Positions 1 to 12,223 of a stretch of DNA of 64,000 bases are shown here, in pieces (within the stretch, counting starts at the first letter, position 1; each line of letters opens with the position of its first letter). Origin of the DNA: Lingula anatina (lineage: Eukaryota > Animalia > Brachiopoda); contig CM120643.1 in assembly GCA_051362555.1 (NCBI GenBank), positions 10,664,001-10,728,000 on the forward strand, read 5' to 3'. The position numbers and the translations under genes are program-made. The notes below the pieces were generated by a model. That model had not been told where the DNA came from. It searched no databases and saw nothing but the letters and a program-made list of their open reading frames with translations.

Positions 1-1238
1 TCTTCATCAATCACCAATGGCCCTTGCTCATCAATCACTAAATTAGCAGGTGAATCTGATAGGCTATCTTGCTCATCTGCAGACCCCTGGTCACTGTGGT
101 AACAGGCCTCGTGTGCCCTTATTCTTCCCAGACTTTGAGCAGTGTAGCTACACAGGTTACACTTGAAAGGACCTGAGCCACCATGGTTCAACATATGGCG
201 GTCCAGGTTAGCCCTTAGCGTGGTGGAGTACTGGCACTCCTGACACTGGTAAGTCTGCTTGTTGGAATGCTTGGCTTTGTGGAGGACAAAATCAATTCTC
301 TTTTGTGTGGAAAAGCTACAAAACTGGCAAGAATAAGTCTTGGCGCTGAGGTGAACCTGCTTGACATGCCTAGCAACTTTATAGCGAGTTGCATGGGTGT
401 ATGTACAGAGAATGCACTTCCACTGCACGCAGCCATCGATCACAAGTTCCTGCAGTTTTGAGGTAACTTCAGGATCACTTGTTACATTTGCAGTGGAAGT
501 GGATGATGAAGTATGCTTGACACCATTTTGCTTAGTGGCATCCTCGTCATCGTCTGCATCATTCTCATGATCATCACTGGGGCTCTCCATTTGGGCCACC
601 AAAAATTCCTCATCATCAAATTCTTCATTCTCAGCGATAGCAGCCTCCACATCCAAAACATCCCCTGTCTCTGCCTCAATCTCATGTTCAATTTTACGAG
701 TTGTCTGACTAATTCGTCTTACAACTGCAGGTTTTCGACGGGACCGTTTCTCACTAGGAGGTGTCACTGTTGCAGAAGGTGGTGAAGGCCCATGATTGGT
801 TGACTCTCCCTGAGATTTTATTGCATGGTTTGCTGCCCCTGATCCAGGATCCAATAAGAGATCACCAGACGGAGGTGAGCTGTTTTTATGAATCATACTC
901 CTATGTCTAAACACCTTGTCTTTGTATCTTGATGCATATTCACAAATATCACAGGCATAAATAGGAAAGTCCTCTCCATGGGCATCCTTCTGGTGAAGAA
1001 GAAACAACTTGGATTTTTTGGTTGAAAAGGCACAGTGGCAGGTATACTGACGCACAAAAGGCTTACGACTGGGTTCTTTCACGCCTCCTTTATTACTGCC
1101 CTCGCTACCCTTGGGGAGACATCGCCTTAGGTGCCTCTGTAGAAGAATTTTGTGTTTTGTCACATAATTGCAGTTTTTGCAAGGAAAGGTGGCATTCCCT
1201 TTAGTCTTGGCAAAAGACACCTTAACTTGAAGAGGCAT
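1..1238 (-). CDS. Multi-C2H2 zinc-finger protein, N-terminal 412 codons (3' partial; continues beyond window start)
   Basis: Manual translation from ATG 1238 is open to position 1 (MPLQVKVSFAKTKGNAT...). Fingers: FPCKNCNYVTKHKILLQRHLRRC, YTCHCAFSTKKSKLFLLHQKDAH, YACDICEYASRYKDKVFRHRSMIH, an acidic linker (ENEEFDDEE...DADDDED), then WKCILCTYTHATRYKVARHVKQVH, YSCQFCSFSTQKRIDFVLHKAKH, YQCQECQYSTTLRANLDRHMLNH, FKCNLCSYTAQSLGRIRAHEACYH. In-frame TAA lies upstream within the same exon; acceptor ttttatttcag| precedes 1299. Confidence 0.92.
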   Translation of the reverse strand, partial: MPLQVKVSFAKTKGNATFPCKNCNYVTKHKILLQRHLRRCLPKGSEGSNKGGVKEPSRKPFVRQYTCHCAFSTKKSKLFLLHQKDAHGEDFPIYACDICEYASRYKDKVFRHRSMIHKNSSPPSGDLLLDPGSGAANHAIKSQGESTNHGPSPPSATVTPPSEKRSRRKPAVVRRISQTTRKIEHEIEAETGDVLDVEAAIAENEEFDDEEFLVAQMESPSDDHENDADDDEDATKQNGVKHTSSSTSTANVTSDPEVTSKLQELVIDGCVQWKCILCTYTHATRYKVARHVKQVHLSAKTYSCQFCSFSTQKRIDFVLHKAKHSNKQTYQCQECQYSTTLRANLDRHMLNHGGSGPFKCNLCSYTAQSLGRIRAHEACYHSDQGSADEQDSLSDSPANLVIDEQGPLVIDE

Positions 1239-1299
1239 ATCTGTGGAATGTCTGAAGTCAACTAGCCCTGAGTGGAATTACCTTTCATCTCATCATTAT
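1239..1299 (-). other. 5' UTR portion of the zinc-finger coding exon, carrying two short uORFs
   Basis: Acceptor ttttatttcag at 1300-1310 (minus). All three frames hit stops before ATG 1238. uORFs: ATG ATG AGA TGA (1296-1285) and ATG AAA GGT AAT TCC ACT CAG GGC TAG (1288-1262). Confidence 0.75.
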
Positions 1300-1957
1300 C
1301 TGAAATAAAAAAGGAAATAAGATGTCACTTTTTATCTAAAAAGTTATGTGCAGAAAATTATACAGATCTGCTGGAAAAGTGTAATTCAGAATAAACAAAC
1401 AGACCATTTTGCCATCATTTTAAGTCATTTTAGGCTTAAAAGAGCACCTAAGGCACAAACATTTCATCTTCATGACTAAGTGCGGTTTTGCTGCGTCAAG
1501 GAAAAAATTATCAGACAAGAACAACCTAGCAATTACGCTTTTATGATTTTTCTTTTCTTCAAAGGCATTCACTTCAAACTGCTTTCCTGTTTTGGGATAT
1601 AATTAATGAAACCCTATGTTATACAGACAAACTAATATTTTAACCAAAAGCCCTATTTCTTAGAAACATTATAAAGAACTTGGTACTAACAGAATTACAA
1701 ATCTACAAGTACAATAGAAAAAATGGTGCAATGTTTAGATGAAGGCAAACAGCGTTTATCGCCAATGAAAAAATTCCAAGGTTATTCAGGTACTTGCTGC
1801 ACATTATTCAACATTAATATAAACTGATAGAGGTTTAAGTTCTTGTAAAAAGCAGAAACAAAGACATACATTCTGGCTTGCACAAATAGGTATGTGAAAG
1901 TATCACACTCAAAAACACATGCACATATCCAACCATCCATCCAATCCAAACAATTAA

Positions 1958-2294
1958 AGGGATAATAACTCTTCGTATGAAATCTATATTTCACAATAAA
2001 AACATTGTGAATAACTCATAGAAATATAATATATTCTGCTTTACGACGAAAACAGCAGTTATAGCTATTATTCTGATATCTGAGCTTGTCTTCAGATCAC
2101 GTGACCTCCATTGATGGCTATACTCTGTTATAATCTCTTAAGAGATTTTAACAAAAAACCAAACTTTTTAGAAAAAAACCAGGGACTAACTTTGAATTTA
2201 AAAATGGATTCATTAACCACTGGTAAGCATGGGAAAATTGTTGTTTACTCCAGGAAAATTCATTTTTTGGCCAAAACGAAGAGTTATTATCCCT
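1958..2294. mobile_element. TTAA-flanked MITE (Kolobok-like non-autonomous DNA transposon), copy 1
   Basis: TIRs AGGGATAATAACTCTTCGT...ACGAAGAGTTATTATCCCT; TTAA at 1954-1957 and 2295-2298; inverted second copy at 58073-58411. AGG termini with a TTAA target fit Kolobok rather than piggyBac (CCY termini). Confidence 0.85.
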
Positions 2295-3188
2295 TTAACT
2301 TGCTATCAACACGAATGCACACTGAATCACACACACACACACTGAACACACACACACTGAATCAGACAAACAAACATCCACACACCATTTCCTTCTTGGC
2401 TCAATCCCTGCTTCCTGATATGCAACATGATTTATCCCTTTACTACTCCTAAAAGGTCTCTTAAAATGTCAACAAAGTGCACAACAGGTGTTTTCCCACT
2501 GCTAAAATCTTTTACCTGTCCAGGAATATCTGGATTATAGCACAGAGATGTTTTCTGCCCTTTTTATCAAGAACAATTTTTTAGGTATGATATTTGTGTT
2601 CAAAATTGTCTTAAAGTTGTATTTTTTATGTCTAGATATCCTGCAAAGCTACTTATCTTTCACAATTCAGACCTTAAATGATAAAACCTTCAAATAAAAT
2701 TAACCGATATCAATATTTCTTTCTCAAATATACTGAAAAACATGACAGACTAATCATTCTAGGAATTATTTAGAAAATATCTGATTAGAAATGACCAAAA
2801 ACGATTCATTTGTAGCAGAAAATTCAATTTGGAGGGATGGGATATCTTAACTACATATTAAATCATTCAGCTACCTGCTTACTTTTCCTCAGAGGTTTTC
2901 TTCTAAGACATTATGTTCTAATGTATATTCAGTAACTTTCTCTCCCATCCCCACTCTTCCCCTTGAACAAACCCCTTCCATCCATCCATTCCCTAATGAA
3001 AACCACACCTCACATTATCAACTCACTTCTCTCCTCTCTGTCACCTCTGGAAGACTCTGTGTACATCATCTAATATCCCTTTCCCATACATACATACATA
3101 CACAGCACACACATCAGTGGCCAAATTCCAATGGTCTTTGTTCTGGCATCTCTCATTATCTCTCTGTATGCTTAACAATGCTACTCAC

Positions 3189-3270
3189 CTTTGTGTGTGA
3201 TGCTATCTGTTGTACCTGAGCTCCGGGTCCTAATGGGTTCCCCGAGTTATCTGGGAGCACCTCTTGAATT
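3189..3270 (-). other. Internal 5' leader exon (82 nt) of the zinc-finger gene
   Basis: Acceptor cttaattgtttctccattccag| and donor AAG|GTGAGT; higher GC than the flanks; only one reading frame is open. Confidence 0.75.
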
Positions 3271-4058
3271 CTGGAATGGAGAAACAATTAAGATTTATCA
3301 GTGTGGAATTCGCCAGACATGCAAAACTGATTGCGCACCAGTGCGACATGTAATTTAGGTAGCCCAAGCTCACTCTAAACTTATTCAACAAAATCTGTGC
3401 CAAAAGCTAGACATGCTTTGATTTGGCTAAGAAAAATGTATGCTACTAATTCCGATGTCTATTATTGATTTGATTCAACTTTTTGATTTGGATGATATCA
3501 TTGACAATCATGTAAATGAAATCTTTCCAAGTTTTATACTACAGTGAACCACCCGATTTCGTGAAAAATAGGACTAAATCCCTGAAATGAAAGCACAAAC
3601 AGTTTCTAGTTATTCATATGAGAGCATAGCTTAGATCCTGCAATGGAAGAAAAATGAAGATTTATAACTTAGTCTGACACCAGATATATTTTCCAAGTGG
3701 CAGGCCAGAGTGTTACCTTTGTAAGGCAACCTAACTGAATAAATGCAAGTACAAAGATGTTCTACTGACTTAAATCTCATCATCTAAAAAAGCAATTTTT
3801 AAAACTTCAATGAATCAGATGTAATGTAGAGAAAATCATAAGTCCCTGTATGAGATCTTGAAAATTTTCATTTTTGAGGACAAAAAAAGGTTAGGTTCCC
3901 TAACCTTACTTGATTGTATTACTTCTTGCAGTGACACCGATTAATCAATTATTTACCATGCAGGTTTAACTGCCTCATCTAAACAAAAATTTTAAAAAGC
4001 TTTTCCCGGCTGCCTTTCAAAATCCAGACACAGAATAAAAATACAGCTACCAAATCTC

Positions 4059-4141
4059 AATATCTAATACTGGAATAACTGGATATTTCTAAACATCTAA
4101 TCCTGGAGTCACTGAATATTTCAAAATATCTGTTACTGGAA
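4059..4141. repeat. Degenerate 33-bp tandem repeat (~2.5 copies)
   Basis: aatatctaatactggaataactggatatttcta / aacatctaatcctggagtcactgaatatttcaa / aatatctgttactggaa. Confidence 0.7.
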
Positions 4142-6721
4142 AAACTTAAAGCTGAGAATTATCATGTAAATTACTGACAGGAAGTAAATCCTGTCCAGAC
4201 GTCATTGGAACTTGACTCACTTCCAGAGGATTTTATTAAGATTTGTCTGAATCTTTTTTTTCCTCCGTTCAGATTACATTTCAACTCTTTTTCAAGACAG
4301 ATGAAACAAAAGAAAATCATATTATGAGATAGGAAACACTATTTAAAAGGACTTTTCTAAAAAGTCCTTTCTTTCCTGCACTGTTTCCATGAAATAGTTG
4401 CAGGAATGCCTCTTTTTCAAGAATAACTAAAACAAAGCCTTTTCTGGGAAAACAATTTTTCATACAAATGCTGAATAACAATGAGACTTGCTTGGAAATT
4501 TTTCAAGCCTCCTTGATAACTGAATCATTAACCTGTAAATTAATGATTAATTTATCCAACCAAAGGAATTTATTCATAATATTAGCAAGATAATAGTGAT
4601 GGGTTCTTGATATTTATGCTGCACTACAAGATAAACCACAATGACATCTTAAAGGAAACAAGACAGTTTTTTCCGATACCACAGAACTCGGCAAGTATGA
4701 CTTCCCATCCTGTTACAGGTGGTTTAAGTGTTAATTCATTGCTATCCACACTATGGGCCCTCACACCAACCAATGGCCAAGGAAAATGCATAACACCATC
4801 TACTGACTTCTGTATCCATTACAATATGCTATCACTTTGGTGATGGGCTTTGATAACAAATACTAGAGAACTTCTCAGGTCAGTCATAGTTTATTAGTAT
4901 ATATGTCATATGGCCAGTGTTTATCAGCTAGGCCCTGCGAGATGGATGAGACAGAGCACCCAGATGAAAACATCTAACAGTTGGCAGAGAAGGTAGGGTA
5001 AGCATGTCAAATGCATATCACCTTGATGGTCCGTTCCTGTTCACAATACAAGCTGTGTCCACGCTAATTTTTTTTTTTTCACATACATGTGCCTCTCCCT
5101 TCTCTCTCTCTCTCACTCAGGTAACATTAACTCTTTAAGAAATTATAATTAAGCCATCAAGCTTGGATAAAGATATTATTTCACCTCTCCTGTTAGTTAT
5201 TTTCCAGGTGAGAACACATTCTGAGAATGCATGTGAAACCCATTATCATAAGAGAAAGAATGTTCTTCAACTTTTTTTCTGTCCTGAGATTGTGTTTCTC
5301 CCCCCTCCCCCCCAAGATAACATGCATATGTGTGTTTAAACCAACGTCCTATAGACCTATTCTCCACAAACCTGCAATACAATTCATAAATGAGTCTCCT
5401 TCTGGAATACTTAAAGACAAATCAAAAGACAGCTGTTACACATTCAGGAAATGAAGGTGTCAACCCAATCCGACTCCTTTTTATCCAGTGTTAAAAAACC
5501 AGGGTCACTTCAGGTACTGTATGTGGCTTTTCCACCTGAACAACTGATAAACACCCAGACAAGTAATAAAACACTGTTATTGAGCAAAAACCCACATCAG
5601 CAATGACCAATAGAAAAAGCCACCTTTTGACAAATGGCATGCCCCGGCCTTGCATGGTCACTGTTTGCCCGCCCTGAGAAAGAGCAAGACAGGTCCTGTT
5701 AAAGTTCAAGAAAGCACGTACATTGTGGACAGCCTTCAATATCTTAAAATGTGGTCCAGCCTTTCAGTTCTGCTTAAAAATCAACCAAGTGTATTTATTA
5801 TGGATATTATAAGTATTATTTTTAGTTGCAAAGCTTTTGGCCTTAGGAAAAAAAAAACCCAAATTACATAAAAAGTGCTTGTCCCTACACACAGAAAGAA
5901 ACTGTTTCATACTTGAATAATACTGGTCACAGCAGTAAAGAATTCAAGAGAAGAAGGTTATCCTTCACCTCATGGGTGGCAAAAGCTTGTTTCCCAACAT
6001 GTTAATTAGCCAAATTATTGTGCAAATTGTAATCAGCATTAAAACCTGTGTTTTCTGCAACTTTGCTGCATCATGAAGATCGTGAATTTACAGGTAGCAT
6101 GTTCTATGAATACCCTAGATGTTGGCCAAAAGCTTCAAAAGAAAAAATGCATGACAAACAGAAAAACAATTTCCTAGTGCGATTAAAATACTAACATGAT
6201 AATCTGTCCATGTCCTCTGTCCATCAGTGACCAGGGGTCAAGTGTCCACCTTCCACAAAAAAAGGGGTAGTCAAAAGCACAGGTGCACTCTCCAAGCTTC
6301 AAAGGCAAACCAAACAATAAAGAAAGAGAAGATAAAACTTCTGTTCTCTCCTACAGCAAACAGCCATATAGCTTATCATCATCAAAGTTGCACATGAGCA
6401 ATTCTCTGAAAGCCACACAGGTCTACACACAGGTGGGCGATATTGACTACACAGCCTCTGACTACATAAACTACATACTGCGGCCCTTTGATATGAATAT
6501 CTAATGTAAGAACCTGGTTTGAATCACCTTTGCAAGAGGTGGCATTGAAAATACAGTAGCCTCACTGGAGGGGTTACACAGCAGTGCCCTGCACCCTGGA
6601 TAAAGAAGTGCAGAAATTGCTTTACAGGCAATGGGTTTACTAATGCTGGAAGTGCCTAGAGGGGAATCAGCACTGGGCCAATACCTGTGGATAATCAACG
6701 TGGAAAATTGCTTTAAATCAC

Positions 6722-6963
6722 CTCAGTAGTTGGTGACACTGAATACCAGCGCTTGTCTCCATGCATGCGGCTGTTGCTGTCTGTGGTGAATAAGACTTGA
6801 AAGGCAACCTGGCAATACAGGTGGAGGTGGTCTGGAATTTCTGGGTGTGTCTTGAAAAGCATGGAGACATCTGGTGGACAGAAAAGTCATGTTTCAAAGC
6901 TGTCGTCTGCAAAATCTTTTCGATAAATAATTCACCGTTTGCCAGCCGTGCATTTTCATGGTC
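6722..6963 (-). other. Candidate leader exon (242 nt) with a fully open reading frame
   Basis: Acceptor gatgttgcttccacag|GAC and donor GAG|GTGATT; coincides with ORF 6718..6981; its end phase matches the single open frame of exon 3189-3270. Confidence 0.35.
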
Positions 6964-9900
6964 CTGTGGAAGCAACATCACTGAGCTTGCTTCTTTGCCT
7001 TATAGTTTTTTATAAGGCAAAAAAATTGAAAAGACTGGAAAATTCACTAACACTTTCTTCTTCACTGGTATACAGAGATTAAAAAACATTGCAAATTCAG
7101 CTCCATATCTGACATTCATCACCAAAAATATACCTGATAATGACCAAATTTCCAAGAAAGCAATTAATTTCTACTACTAGTGTGAAAAGCTTACATCTCA
7201 TTTGCTGTCAACATCAATTAAGTGGAATGATGCAGGTTACATCGCTAAAGCACAATGTTTACCAATAAACAACCAGGAAAACAAGATATAAGCACGAATG
7301 TTTTTTAGTTACGATTTACCCCTGGAGCAAAAAATCTATAGCAACACAATTTACACCTGCTTGAAGTTTGAAACTACTATGTAAGACTGAAGTTACGTTT
7401 TATCTCCTGCATTTCCCCCCTGGTATAAAAACACCGATTCATCTTGTAGAAGTGTCACCGTTCATGATGCTCTTTCATTCCTGAAATTAAAACCCCGTGT
7501 CTGCTTCAAGCTAGATAAAATACATCCCTATATTTCTATAACTGTATTCAAAGGGGAAAATGTATCCATATGGAAGTCTTGACATCGTGAATAAAAATCT
7601 GCTTTTCCTAGCAGTAACCTGCCATACTTGTCTAATTTCACCTTGGAACAAGAAGGTAATGACTTCAGGTACAAGCTCAATTCCAGAAAATGAAAACACT
7701 GCCGGTTGGAAGTCAGCTTATTTGTAAGTGAATATTTCTCTTAAATTTAAATCACAAAGAGACATAAACCCACAGTAAAAAGGTCTGGAAAAAATTAAAA
7801 AAGAAAAATGTGCTTTCGGCTAGCTCCTTGTAAAAGAGATCAATTTACATTTTTAAAAAATCCCTCCTGATAATAAACCTCTGAATCTGCTGCAAGGTAA
7901 CCAGCTCTATTTTCTTTTTCATTTTAATGATGCAAGAGCTACCTACGCAAATATGTTACTCCTGAAAATAAAACTTTGCCTACAATTCACTTCCTTTTCA
8001 TTTATCTTGATCTAGGATAGAAGATTCATTTTGGGTCCTCGTCTTGATTTAGGATAAAAAAAGAGGTGCTTTCCCTATAAGAACTCGAGACAAAAAAACC
8101 TTTACTGCCTACCAGGTAACTGCAATGCATAGCCAGTCAGTACTTCTTACACAAGAGAAGAAGTTTCCCCATAAAAAGCTAGCAATTTCACCTGGTAAAA
8201 AAGGACATTATTTTCTAAATAGGCAAAACCTGAATTCCAATAAATCAAGAGAGGACATTTTCATTGGCAGTCACTTGACAACATGCAAGAACCCTTCACT
8301 GTAATTAGAGTTTCTAGAAAGCTCAGGGGTGAACGATTGTGGTTTCATGTTCCAATTTCTTGTGGGAATAAAAACCTTTGTAGAATTTAAATCGATTCTA
8401 TCTTTGATGTAAGGGTATCTAACAACACCCAGGAGTGAGTTTTAATGCTGGTCTTGAATAGCATCACAGACATTTTCGATGGCAAGGAATGTGACAATTC
8501 GGCAATCTTCAAAACACACCTAGTTTAGGATTAAATTGCCATAGTGCAACTGTTCAGAATCGATACTTGTATTTTTGTTACTCTAGAACTGCACTCAAAA
8601 GATATAGCCAGATCAAGCCAGAACCCCCCCCCCCCTCCGCAGACATATACCCCCTAGTTTCCTTTAAAATCACTTTACGTCAACACTAGTTTCTCAATGA
8701 AAATTGCACTGTAAGAGCACAGCTTTCTCAATACTGCTATCATTATCAAACTCAAACTATGCTTCTGAAACCTACCCCCTCATTCTCATACAGAGCCCCC
8801 AGCCAAATTCAGCTATACCCCCTTAATTCCTGTTCCTGAGTCTCAACACGTATTACATAACTCAAAGGCGTTTCACTTAATTAACCGGGGACACAGGTAT
8901 ATATATCCTGTGCATACCTCAAAGGTGATTTAAACACTGTATGGAGACTTGGGCAGGTATGCTCTGTATAATTAGTGTAATTAAGATATACACGATGGGT
9001 CTCATCATTTACAAGGAACTCTCCCAAGCAAATCCAGAGTACTGCTAGCTGTGCCAAAACTGGTGGCAAACACATTCAAGTATCTTCTTTCTGTCAGACT
9101 TTTATCATGTACACAGGCCAAAAGATATTCATATTTACCAGCAGATAAATTATGTGCTCTTGTCAATTTGTTTGCAAGAAATGTTTTATTTCATCTGCTG
9201 CATCATGCATCTGCATCATATCGCATATAAACAGTTACTTATTCTAGTTTATCTCAGTCATGTTTGGATAAGGAATTTTTTGTTGTTTGACAAAGGTCCA
9301 AAGTTTTTCATCTCTGAAGTTTCCGGGAAGAAATGTGTCCCACCTGTTTGACATCTATATTGTAGTATGTCCCATAATGAGGTTAACCCCTAAATAAACT
9401 GTTTTCTTGATACCTCACAGTGACCACCAATGGGAAATAAACATGCATTTCTTACCTTCAATTCTCAGCAGCAATATATGTTTCTATCTCTATGCATTAC
9501 AGACCTTAATCCTGCTAGCTTATTATTTGTTTTAATTAACAGAATATAATTAACGACCTACAAAGAGAATTTTAATTTTAAAAATAATAAAAAAAAAACA
9601 TTTAAAAAATATTGTTTTGACTAAATTTTAGACTTGGCCAAGAAAAAAATAATGCTAAAGACATACCAGCCTTCAGACCATGCCTAAATTATTACCAAAA
9701 CCCAGGTGACCACCTAGGCAAAATTATACAAATTTGCAATTTCTCAGAAGCTTAAATGAGACCACCTGTTTTTCATTTCAATAGAAAGCCATTTACATAA
9801 GGCATCTTTTTCAGTTTCTCCCACTTTAATGTGACCAACCACAATATGAGGCACTTCTTGATAACTCATCTAAAATGTCTTCTGCTTGACATGCTGTTTT

Positions 9901-10956
9901 TTATCTCTGTCCTCAACACTGGAAGTGACCTGTCATGAAGTCTTCTATGCTCACATCCGACCATGCTTGGAAAGATGGGCATTAAAACCGATAAGAAATT
10001 GAGAAAAGTACATTCTGAACTTGCAGACTATGATTTTCTTGAGAAACAATTCAAGTGTGAAAGAGAATCAAAAAAGATGAACGGACTGAGATAAATTTGG
10101 ACCTAATTTTGCTTCTTGACTTAAAAAAGCCTAAAAGCAACAAGCAGTAAAATACTGTCTGTTTTTGCCTCCCTCTGGTTGCAAGTCAAGCTGTGACATA
10201 TCCAATTGGTATCTACATTTCTAACCATTATTACCCAATCTAATCACTGTTTCCTTTGCCATGGTACTTGAGACCGTATACTGTTAATCATAATCAATCA
10301 AACTGCATGCTAAAACATTGTGCATTAAGTTAAGCCGTCACAAGTTGTAAACCCAGTGGAAACGCAGCTGAACAGTAACAAAATCTGATGATGAACAGTT
10401 TGTCATCTATGGTAGGCCCACACCTGGATAAGACATCAACACATTTCCAGATCCTTCAAGCAGACAGTTGTACGAGAGATCACCATGAGTTTCAATCATA
10501 GAAAACCACCTGTAGCAGCTTAAGATCTCACCTTTCTCAGGGCAACGAAGGCACCAACTAACTATACCACAGATATGAACCAGTTTCAAATGGCTTTTGT
10601 TTAGCATTGAAGTAAGCCTAGAACACCCATATATATATATATACCTGCCTTGTCCTGGTTATCAGCAAAGATAGTTCCTACCAGTATGAAACATATATTT
10701 GGAAACAATGAAAGCAACCAACTGAACAATATGTCACCTAAAGAGCAGTCCTACTGTATGAGTTATTACTAAATGAGCAAAATGTATGAAAACCAAAGAA
10801 ATTTATGACCTGTCTACCTTGCACTCTCTCTCCCGGCACTACAAACAAAGCAACCCCCCCCCCCCAAAAAAAAAAAATAAATAAATAAATAAAATGAAAT
10901 AAAAAATAAATAAAAAGTATCATCTGGTGGTCTACATAAATGAAACAGACAGAAAA

Positions 10957-11011
<55 letters not shown>

Positions 11012-11520
11012 CTGGTAGACATCAGTAATTGTTACCTGGCTAGCTCTACTCCTCTACTAGAAAGCATCTCACAGAATAAATAGCAGAATCAGAGCAGATA
11101 TAATTCCGTACATAACACACAAGGCGCAACTCTCTCTTCCAGCCACCAGACCAGTTATCCCACGTCACCTAGCTGCCTTCATCTGTCTCTCTCTCTCTAT
11201 CTCTGCCAACCAGCCAACCAACCAGCCTGCAAACAGCCCCTAGAAACTTTTTTTCACAGCCTCAATGACACGGCACATGCAGTAAGCAATTTATGCCACA
11301 GCCGACAAAGCAGACTCTCTCTTCTCTTCTCTTCCAGCCAAAAGAGCCAGGTAATAATACCTTACCTGTCCTCTGTTTGCCAGTCAGAGCCTGGGACCCC
11401 AGAAATACCTTTTCTCATCACTGGTGGAGCAACAATCTATGACCCGGCCACAAGGAAACAAAGCCACCTTGACAATTCCACCGTGTGATTATATCACCAG
11501 GTGGGATAGCTTTCCCCATA

Positions 11521-11770
11521 TCACTGCTTCTCCAGATGTAACATGCTCTGGAACACAGGTAGGCCGTTAGAGCTATACAGGTGACAGGGCATGGTGATGA
11601 TGAGGATGATGATTATACATGCCAGGGCCACATTATGGCAATACCAGCTGGGCTAGCTCTCTAAGTACCTCACTGCTTCTTGAGCTGTGACATACTCTGG
11701 AACCCTATAAACTTAAATCATACAGATGACAGGGCTACTTTGGTATGACTATACATGGCAGGGCCTTGTC
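11521..11770. repeat. Old tandem duplication, ~149-bp period
   Basis: tcactgcttc...acat(g/a)ctctggaac...atacag(g/a)tgacagggc...tatacatg(c/g)cagggcc occurs from 11521 and again from 11670. Confidence 0.65.
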
Positions 11771-12099
11771 ACCCAACATATCATTTCTTGATACATAGGT
11801 AATATATCAATACACATGCCATGGCACAATTATCTAGATTAATCCAGACAGGACTTGAAAGTTTTAACAGACCGTGTGCAGCAGCCCACTGGTACCTGGA
11901 TATATCTTTTACTGATTTACAAGACTCAGAGCAAAGGTAGACTTGTATGTACACTATGACACAAGTAATCATTTTTGGCAGAGTACAATGTAATGTCTTC
12001 ATCAGATACCCTCTGAAACTCATTGGAAAATTATTTACAGAGGACAGAAAGTGGTTCTTGTGATTTCATGTCTCTACTGTAATACGGGTAGCTTTACAC

Positions 12100-12223
12100 A
12101 AAGTAAGGGAAATCTACCATGAAAGACCAACAAGTAAGGGAAATCTATCATGAAAGAGCAACAAATAAGAGAAATCTATCATGAAAGAGCAACAAGTAAA
12201 GGAAATCTATCCTGAAAGTGCAA
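12100..12223. repeat. 31-bp minisatellite, ~4 copies
   Basis: Unit aagtaagggaaatctatcatgaaagagcaac, head to tail with few substitutions and no spacers. Confidence 0.9.

Noticed and set aside
215-1204. Short ORFs in the track overlapping 215-1204
   Set aside because: They are alternative-frame or antisense shadows of the zinc-finger CDS, which the track omitted because it has no stop codon in the window.
12100-12223. 31-bp repeats of CRISPR-like length
   Set aside because: Units are directly adjacent with no spacers, there are no cas genes and the context is eukaryotic; it is a minisatellite.
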